A stretch of DNA of 43,910 nt, taken from a virus. Taxonomy: Duplodnaviria; Caudoviricetes. Positions within the stretch are counted from its first letter, which is position 1; each line of letters opens with the position of its first letter. The position numbers and the translations under genes are program-made. Under the pieces are notes generated by a model. It was not told the origin of the DNA. It saw only the letters and a program-made list of their open reading frames with translations, and did no database searches. This document shows positions 7,724 through 13,728 of the stretch, piece by piece. The DNA lies in the IMG/VR virus record IMGVR_UViG_3300032225_000678, positions 1 through 43,910 of that record, one strand, 5' to 3'.

Positions 7724-8176
7724 ATGGGCGATAAGCCAAAGTTTGACCGGGATAAGGTTGTTTCCGAGATTTGCGCGCGTCTGGCCACTGGTGAGCCTAT
7801 GACGCAGATTTGCCGTTCGCCCGGAATGCCTGACCCTTCTAGCGTTTGGCTTTGGTCCGAAGCAGACCCCCAAATCGCTAAAGCCATCTCACGTGCGCGC
7901 GCGTCGGGATTTGACGCCATAGCCGAAGACACCCTGGCAATCGCTGAAGGGCGCAATCCTGTAAAGGTTGACGGCGACGTGCCAGCCCAACGCGATAAGC
8001 TCCGCATCCATACGCGCATGCAACTACTCGCCAAATGGGACCCCAAGCGCTACGGCGATAACGTCCAGGTCCGACACGCAAACGCCGAGGGTGACGGAGA
8101 TGCCAGCGTCACGGTTAAGTCTGCACTGCTAGACGGTTTGCAGTCGGCTATGGCTAAGGGGAAAAAGCCTAAATAG
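7724..8176 (+). CDS. terS: terminase small subunit (Sf6 gp1-like)
   Basis: EICARLATGEPMTQICRSPGMPD...AR...RDKLRIHTRMQLLAKWDPKRYGD. Confidence 0.9.
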   Translation: MGDKPKFDRDKVVSEICARLATGEPMTQICRSPGMPDPSSVWLWSEADPQIAKAISRARASGFDAIAEDTLAIAEGRNPVKVDGDVPAQRDKLRIHTRMQLLAKWDPKRYGDNVQVRHANAEGDGDASVTVKSALLDGLQSAMAKGKKPK

Positions 8177-8180
8177 GGGC

Positions 8181-8232
8181 TTGACCCTCGCGCGCGTATG
8201 TATAAGGTCAGTCTCACGGCGCAATCAGGCGC
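8181..8232 (+). promoter_or_regulatory. promoter plus leader hairpin, cassette 1
   Basis: TTGACC-N16-TAAGGT followed by GGCGCAATCAGGCGC (8218-8232). Confidence 0.6.
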
Positions 8233-8247
8233 TAGGGAATGACTCAA

Positions 8248-8412
8248 ATGACAGAGCGCGATTTTATAAAGACGGTCGAAACGCGTGAGCTTGAAGACGG
8301 TAGCTGGCAATACGGATTTGTTCGCCAGGGTCAACCCGTGCGCTGGGCTTGCGGGACCTATGTATCCGCTAAAGCCGCCATCCGCGCCGCTGTTCGTCGG
8401 CATTATCGCTAG
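8248..8412 (+). CDS. hypothetical protein (54 aa, hand-translated)
   Basis: MTERDFIKTVETRELEDGSWQYGFVRQGQPVRWACGTYVSAKAAIRAAVRRHYR*; AGGGA RBS; lies between two promoter units. Confidence 0.6.
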   Translation: MTERDFIKTVETRELEDGSWQYGFVRQGQPVRWACGTYVSAKAAIRAAVRRHYR

Positions 8413-8428
8413 ACGGCTCTAACTTTAT

Positions 8429-8479
8429 GGGTTGACACCTTGTAACGTGTCGCTAGTGTGTCCAGGCGCAATCAAGCGC
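8429..8479 (+). promoter_or_regulatory. promoter plus leader hairpin, cassette 2 (copy 1 of a 32-bp direct repeat)
   Basis: GGGTTGACACCTTGTAACGTGTCGCTAGTGTG (TTGACA-N16-TAGTGT), then GGCGCAATCAAGCGC. Confidence 0.75.
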
Positions 8480-8494
8480 AGGTAGGAAATTCAG

Positions 8495-9256
8495 ATGTCT
8501 TATCAAATCGCGTTCACGGCTATGTCCACAAACGTCAAAACTGGGCGCATGCCTGTCACGACGACGGAACCGGATACCTGTCCGGCTGTTTGCCCTTTTA
8601 ACTCGCACCATGCAGACGCGACTAGCGAAGGCGGATGCTATGCAGAAGCTGGACCGCTTGCGCTGTTCTGGCGCAAGGTTGGCGAACGCAAGGCGGGTTT
8701 GTCATGGTCCGAAGCTATGAGCAAGATTGCCGCATTGCCTAAAGGGACCTTGTGGCGTCACAATCAAGCGGGTGATCTACCCGGCATAGATGGTGCTATA
8801 GACCTTGACGCGCTCGCCAGTCTGGTAAAAGCCAACAAAGGCAAGCGCGGATTTACATTCACACACAAGCCTGTGGCCATTGCATCGGAACGCGAAGCAA
8901 TCTCGCAAGCTAACGCAAGCGGGTTTACCATTAACCTGTCGGGCAATACGCTAGAGCATGCCGACGATCTGGCAGACTTGGCCATTGCCCCCGTCGTGTC
9001 GGTATTGCCTCTGGACATGGCACGCAAGGCGGATCGTTCGGGACAATGGCTTGAGACCTTGGCAGAGTATCGCGCCAGGGTTGGCAAGCCCAAGACGCCC
9101 AAAGGGAAACCCGTCACGGTTTGTCCCGCCACATATCGGGATGACATGTCGTGCGCCCGTTGCGGTTTGTGCTCTGTCGCTAATCGTCGCGCGGTAGTCG
9201 GCTTTCCCGCGCATGGCAACGGAAAGCGTAAGGCGGATTTGATCGCTAATGGATAA
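8495..9256 (+). CDS. Cys-rich phage protein, gp88/radical-SAM-like family
   Basis: N-x-KTG, TCPAVCP...GGCYA, WRHNQAGD, CPA...CARCGLC...FPAHG. Confidence 0.65.
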   Translation: MSYQIAFTAMSTNVKTGRMPVTTTEPDTCPAVCPFNSHHADATSEGGCYAEAGPLALFWRKVGERKAGLSWSEAMSKIAALPKGTLWRHNQAGDLPGIDGAIDLDALASLVKANKGKRGFTFTHKPVAIASEREAISQANASGFTINLSGNTLEHADDLADLAIAPVVSVLPLDMARKADRSGQWLETLAEYRARVGKPKTPKGKPVTVCPATYRDDMSCARCGLCSVANRRAVVGFPAHGNGKRKADLIANG

Positions 9257-9261
9257 ATAGC

Positions 9262-9312
9262 GGGTTGACACCTTGTAACGTGTCGCTAGTGTGGGTTGGC
9301 GCAATGAGGCGC
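9262..9312 (+). promoter_or_regulatory. promoter plus leader hairpin, cassette 3 (copy 2 of the 32-bp direct repeat)
   Basis: 9262-9293 is identical to 8429-8460; followed by GGCGCAATGAGGCGC (9298-9312). Confidence 0.75.
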
Positions 9313-9326
9313 GGGAGATTGAGACT

Positions 9327-9596
9327 ATGAACCGGCTTGCGGAACGCTTCATCCATGAAATCAAGTCCGAATGTGGCGCAGAGACCTTCACAGAGATTTG
9401 CCGCCGTAATCAGATCGCGACCTATGACGGCGCTTGTGCATCTCATGATTTCATGGATGCAAACGTGTGTATGGCTAACGCCTTTGAAGTCATCTTCGGT
9501 CGTGAATATACAGGAAATGACGCTGACACGGATTTGATCAATGAGGCATGGGATGCTGCTGCTAACCGCCTTGTGTGCGACATGGCTTACGACTAG
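9327..9596 (+). CDS. hypothetical protein (CASHDFxDAN motif)
   Basis: GGGAG RBS, ATG at 9327, in frame with ORF 9291..9596. Confidence 0.7.
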   Translation: MNRLAERFIHEIKSECGAETFTEICRRNQIATYDGACASHDFMDANVCMANAFEVIFGREYTGNDADTDLINEAWDAAANRLVCDMAYD

Positions 9597-9622
9597 CCAC
9601 TAACTACAACCCACAACCTGTC

Positions 9623-9652
9623 AAGCGCCGCGCCTAACCCGCGCGGCGCTTT
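9623..9652 (+). terminator. intrinsic terminator-like hairpin
   Basis: AAGCGCCGCGC-ctaaccc-GCGCGGCGCTT, with only a short T tract. Confidence 0.6.
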
Positions 9653-9707
9653 GCTATGCGCTGATAGCCCTAGACGGCGCTTGCCTTATGGCCTTACCTA
9701 ATCGGTC

Positions 9708-9902
9708 ATGGCCGACTACCCCGACACGCCCCTTGCCTTTGTCGCGTTTGACGACGGAGAGACCGCGCCAGTCGTGGCATGGCTGGATGACGACGGGGAC
9801 GCGGTTGAGACCCGCGAGCTTGCGACATGGGCGATTGCCCACACGTCTGAGGGTTACGTGCCGTTGCGTGTTAGCGAGGCGCGGGGGGTGACGGTGCATT
9901 AG
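9708..9902 (+). CDS. small acidic hypothetical protein
   Basis: 64 aa ORF flanked by a 15-bp direct repeat. Confidence 0.5.
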   Translation: MADYPDTPLAFVAFDDGETAPVVAWLDDDGDAVETRELATWAIAHTSEGYVPLRVSEARGVTVH

Positions 9903-10065
9903 GGTGTGACCTGGACGGCGCTTGCCTTGTAGCTGGCAGGGAATTGCGTGCGAGATTGTAGGTTCTGACCTGGACGCTTGTAGCTCTAGGTTATGTTGGC
10001 GCTCACCTTGCAAGGTGTTTACCTACTAGACCCATAGGCTTTAGCGGGTAACGCGCTAGGCATGA

Positions 10066-10150
10066 GGGGGGTAAGGGGGGGGGTGTTTGTTTTGAGGGGG
10101 TAGGGGGTAGGGAGGGGGAGAAAAACATGGGGGTGGGGGGTGAGAGTGGG
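10066..10150 (+). other. G-tract cluster (nine runs of 3-9 G), G-quadruplex potential
   Basis: G6, G9, G5, G5, G3, G5, G5, G6, G3 within 85 nt of non-coding DNA. Confidence 0.85.
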
Positions 10151-10638
10151 TATATGCACCACCGCAAAGTTTGCAGGCCCTGAGCATCCAAGCCATTAAC
10201 TATTAGCCCACGGTAAGCAGCGACAAGTTTGCAGGCTACCCCAATCCAAGGCATTAACTATTCAGCCTCCCCGCAGTTCGCCCAAAGCCCCCACTGTCAA
10301 GCGCCACTTGACACCCACACCAGTTCGCTCGAACCCCAAAACGTCAAACCACACTGAGCAAAAGCGCGACAACTCAAACCAGAGCGCCTATAGTGCCCCC
10401 TGTCGTGAGGTGAGAACGCCCTACTCACACACCCATTGGGTAAAGTAGGCTCAGGCCGAAGAGATGCAGGAAGTGTATCGCTCGAACGGCGGTCGCTTGA
10501 AAACCGGGGACCCTGCCACGACACCCCAAAATCCCTTGCACTACAAGCAATTCACCGCCATATTCGCTCATGTAGGGCGGCTGACTCCTGGCTGCCCCGA
10601 ACCAAGGGGATCGAACCCAGTGCATAGTGGCTCAGTGA

Positions 10639-12948
10639 ATGATTGACCTCGATCACATCGCGACCCTCAGCCGTGAGGAGTTACTCGAACTACCCGTTGC
10701 AACCCTACGCTACCTCGAATGGCAAGCCCGCTGGCGCGCCACGGCCAGACCTGAGCAGATACCGCCCGAAGGTGACTGGATCGAGTGGGGCGTGATGGCC
10801 GGGCGCGGATTCGGGAAGACCCGCGTCGGCGCTGAGTGGTTGGCCAATGCGGCGCTCACTGACCCTGAGGCCCTGCCGAAGTCAGTCATTGCGCCCACCC
10901 TGTCGGACGTGAGGTTCACCTGCTTCGAGGGTCAGAGCGGACTGCTTTCGATCATCCCGCCTGAGTTCGTTGAGGACTACAACAAGACCAATCTGATCAT
11001 CACCCTGACCAATGGCGGTATCATCCGAGGGTTTGGCAGTGAGTCGCCAGAACGACTTCGCGGTCCCCAGTCGTCCCTGATGTGGTGCTTTACCGGCGAT
11101 ACGCTGGTGACGATGGGTGATGGCTCTCACAAGGAGATTCGCACCGTCGTTCCTGGTGACATGGTGATGACTAGAGACGGCGCTCGAACCGTAATCGCTA
11201 ACGCCAGTCGTCCCGCTGAAGTTGGTCGAGTTTCCTTCAGCAATGGGTCGTATTTAGTAGGCACTGGGGACCATCCAGTATACACTCCGTTTGGTTGGAC
11301 GAGATTGGACCAACTGCTGACGGAGGATCAGGTATGTGTGACGTGTGCGTGGAGTGGAACGGAAAAAAGTGGCACGTCTACGGGACAGGTAGCACCGCCT
11401 ACTACGAGCGAACCGACAAGAGCGTCAAACCAAAGCGGACGGTGCGACTTCATCGAGCGTTATGGGTTGCAAACTTCGGTGAACCGCCGGAAGGGTTCCA
11501 TGTCCATCACAAGGACGGGAACAAACTCAACAACGACCTCGCAAACCTTGAGTGCATCTCGAACGCTGACCACATGCGCCATCACTACTATGAGCGCGGA
11601 CGGATCGAGCAGCCAGACTGGTCTACTCTACCGTTTTACACCGTCCAGTGCTCAGACTGTCTGGAACCAATTCAACGGAAACGTCCCGCAGGCAAATGCG
11701 TCTGTGCGAAATGTTCGACGATCCGCGCCGAGGAGAAGCGGAAGGTTGACCGAATCTGCGCCGAATGCGGAACTCCATTCCGGAGTCGATTCGGAAACTT
11801 TTGCAGCCAGCGTTGTGTCAACTTGGCAACCTGCGGGGGAACAGTCAGTGTTCTGCCTGAAGGTGGCGGAAACTCCAGAATACTTCGCGAACGGGGTCTT
11901 GGTTCATAACTGCGACGAGCTTGCCGCTTGGCAGAACGCCCAGGAGACCTGGGACATGGCGATGATGGGCCTGCGACTTGGACCAAGACCGCAGGTAGTT
12001 TGGACCACAACGCCAAAGCCCATCGAGCTTGTGCGGAAGCTGACAATCAACAAGCCGAACCGCGTGATAACTCGTGGTGCCACCTTCGACAACAAGGCCA
12101 ACCTGCCTCAGTCCTTTCTGGACAAGATGGAGGAGGACTTCGGCGGCACGACGATGGGTCGTCAGGAGATTCTCGGTGAGTTGATCGACCCTGAGGAGGC
12201 GGGGATCATCAAGCGGTCATGGTTCCGAATCTGGCCTGCCAAAAAGCCATTGCCCACCCTCGAATGGGTGATCATGTCGCTCGATACGGCCTTCACCGAG
12301 GCCACGGTCAACAAGAAGACGCACGACGCTGACTACTCTGCCTGCTCGGTGTGGGGAGTCTTCAGGCACGAGGGCAAGAGCAATGCGTTGCTGTTGGACT
12401 GCTGGCAGGAGCAACTAGGTCTGCCTGACTTGGTGAAGCGCGTTAAGAAGGAACTTCTGATCACATACGGCGATGATCAGGACGCAGCACTGCTTACCCC
12501 CATGTTCGGATCATCGAAGCCTGTGGAGTCGGGCAAGAAGATCGACATGGTGATCATTGAGGACAAGGGCTCAGGGATCAGCTTGAGGCAGACGCTCGAA
12601 CGCGAAGGGATCATGGCCTACGCCTATAACCCAGGTCGGGCAGACAAGTTGACGCGACTGCACATGGTCTCTGCGGTTTTTGCAAGGCGTCAGGTCTGGT
12701 TGCCAGAGAGCGAGAAGTATCCGGGCAGGCCGCGCACATGGGCCGAACCGTTGGTCGCTCAACTCTGTGCGTTCACGGGTAGCGGGTCTATCAAGCATGA
12801 CGATATCCTGGATTCGGTAACTCAGGCTATCCGGTTAATGATGGACAAAAACCTCCTGACCTTCGAGCGCCGAGAGAAGGAGAAAGAGCGTGAGAGGGAT
12901 GAGGTCAGAGCGCCTAGAAAACCAGTTGTCAATCCCTACGCGGTATGA
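10639..12948 (+). CDS. terL: terminase large subunit, intein-containing (769 aa precursor, ~494 aa spliced)
   Basis: Walker A MAGRGFGKT; LRGPQ; Walker B restored as LMW|CDE after splicing; TTTPKP coupling motif; nuclease SLDTA...IEDKGSG...HDDILD. Confidence 0.95.
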   Translation: MIDLDHIATLSREELLELPVATLRYLEWQARWRATARPEQIPPEGDWIEWGVMAGRGFGKTRVGAEWLANAALTDPEALPKSVIAPTLSDVRFTCFEGQSGLLSIIPPEFVEDYNKTNLIITLTNGGIIRGFGSESPERLRGPQSSLMWCFTGDTLVTMGDGSHKEIRTVVPGDMVMTRDGARTVIANASRPAEVGRVSFSNGSYLVGTGDHPVYTPFGWTRLDQLLTEDQVCVTCAWSGTEKSGTSTGQVAPPTTSEPTRASNQSGRCDFIERYGLQTSVNRRKGSMSITRTGTNSTTTSQTLSASRTLTTCAITTMSADGSSSQTGLLYRFTPSSAQTVWNQFNGNVPQANASVRNVRRSAPRRSGRLTESAPNAELHSGVDSETFAASVVSTWQPAGEQSVFCLKVAETPEYFANGVLVHNCDELAAWQNAQETWDMAMMGLRLGPRPQVVWTTTPKPIELVRKLTINKPNRVITRGATFDNKANLPQSFLDKMEEDFGGTTMGRQEILGELIDPEEAGIIKRSWFRIWPAKKPLPTLEWVIMSLDTAFTEATVNKKTHDADYSACSVWGVFRHEGKSNALLLDCWQEQLGLPDLVKRVKKELLITYGDDQDAALLTPMFGSSKPVESGKKIDMVIIEDKGSGISLRQTLEREGIMAYAYNPGRADKLTRLHMVSAVFARRQVWLPESEKYPGRPRTWAEPLVAQLCAFTGSGSIKHDDILDSVTQAIRLMMDKNLLTFERREKEKERERDEVRAPRKPVVNPYAV
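11086..11910 (+). mobile_element. intein (275 aa) in the terL Walker B motif
   Basis: Block A CFTGDTLVTMGDG, block B GTGDHPVYT (TxxH), block F VFCLKVAETPEYFANG, block G VLVHN followed by Cys+1 (11911-11913). Confidence 0.93.
11334..11909 (+). CDS. HNH homing endonuclease with C-terminal Zn fingers, nested out of frame (+2) inside the intein
   Basis: GGAGG at 11322-11326, ATG at 11334, 191 aa; LHRALWVANFGEPPEGFHVHHKDGNKLNNDLANLECISNADHMRHH (HNH); CSDC, CAKC, CAEC, FCSQRC. Confidence 0.88.
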   Translation: MCDVCVEWNGKKWHVYGTGSTAYYERTDKSVKPKRTVRLHRALWVANFGEPPEGFHVHHKDGNKLNNDLANLECISNADHMRHHYYERGRIEQPDWSTLPFYTVQCSDCLEPIQRKRPAGKCVCAKCSTIRAEEKRKVDRICAECGTPFRSRFGNFCSQRCVNLATCGGTVSVLPEGGGNSRILRERGLGS

Positions 12949-13127
12949 GATAAATGGGTCGTTCTCCAGGAACAACCCTCAGCCCTGAGCGGATACACAG
13001 ACTGATCCTCTGTCGCTCAGGCCACACACCGAGGTGGGCGGTCGCTCCCACCCGCACTTGGCCGCGATAGTATAGCCGTGGGAATGCCAAGATTACCCAC
13101 GGACGCGTTCCCCGCAAATCGTATGTA

Positions 13128-13547
13128 ATGGAGAAGACTATGCGCCTTCACTACCCGGTCATCATTACTGCCAATGACGGTGCTTACTCGGCGGTCTTCC
13201 CTGACTTCCCCGATGCGGGTGCCGATGCTGACTCTGTGTCGGAGATCATGGTCGCAATCGACGACGCGCTTCAGGAGGCATTGACCATCGCTGTGCTCAA
13301 GGGTGAGACGCTCCCTGACCCGTCTCCGTTCGAGCAGGCGTTGACCTATGACGACGACAATGCGACGTGGTGGTCGATGGCGCACTGCGACGTGCCTTCG
13401 GACAGCGAGAACTTCGACCGCATCATGAGCGGACTGCATGAGATCGAGCAGGAGTTCATGAAGCCAGTGCTGGTCGTTGGGCTTGAGACGGGTCCGACCG
13501 TCGCTGATGCTGAGACGGCACTTGGCGTAACGCCGAGAGAGTGGTAG
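13128..13547 (+). CDS. hicB: HicB-family antitoxin-like protein (no adjacent HicA)
   Basis: HYPVII...YSAVFPDFP.....DSVSE....DALQ...GETLPDPS matches the HicB N-terminal pattern; the start may be ATG 13140. Confidence 0.75.
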   Translation: MEKTMRLHYPVIITANDGAYSAVFPDFPDAGADADSVSEIMVAIDDALQEALTIAVLKGETLPDPSPFEQALTYDDDNATWWSMAHCDVPSDSENFDRIMSGLHEIEQEFMKPVLVVGLETGPTVADAETALGVTPREW

Positions 13548-13612
13548 TTAGAACACATCCCCTCCGAGCCTAGCGCAGTAATGCGACGCTCAAACCGTGA
13601 GGGACTTTCATG

Positions 13613-13647
13613 AAACGCCCTCAGGTCCCACAGCCTGAGGGCGTTTT
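13613..13647 (+). terminator. intrinsic terminator (possibly bidirectional)
   Basis: AAACGCCCTCAGG-tcccacag-CCTGAGGGCGTTTT. Confidence 0.75.
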
Positions 13648-13728
13648 GCTGTCAGGGCTTCAACCTTGTCACTAAAGACCCCACCTGTTACATTGCCGCG
13701 CCACACGCTCAGTGACTTGAGGACACAC

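Noticed and set aside
8429-9293. 32-bp repeats as a CRISPR array
   Set aside because: There are only two copies, ~830 bp apart, each being a promoter; no cas genes are present.
10590-10660. tRNA-like GGTTCGATCCC on the minus strand
   Set aside because: The T-stem does not pair fully, no acceptor, D or anticodon arms are found, and it overlaps the terL start.
11355-11372. A6G run as a programmed -1 frameshift fusing the intein N-part to the HNH
   Set aside because: The canonical A_AAA_AAG phasing occurs in the HNH frame, not the terminase frame (which reads GAA AAA AGT). A good SD and ATG upstream already explain HNH expression.
11086-11910. Intein-HNH as a simple frameshifted pseudogene or sequencing error
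   Set aside because: It would need two compensating indels plus a stop-free alternative frame over ~190 codons. The HNH ORF also has its own SD/ATG and overlaps intact blocks F and G. Read-level confirmation is still advisable.
12954-13070. 38-aa ORF upstream of hicB as HicA toxin
   Set aside because: It is too short and lacks the HicA G-S-H motif and dsRBD-like pattern; the region is better explained by RNA hairpins.
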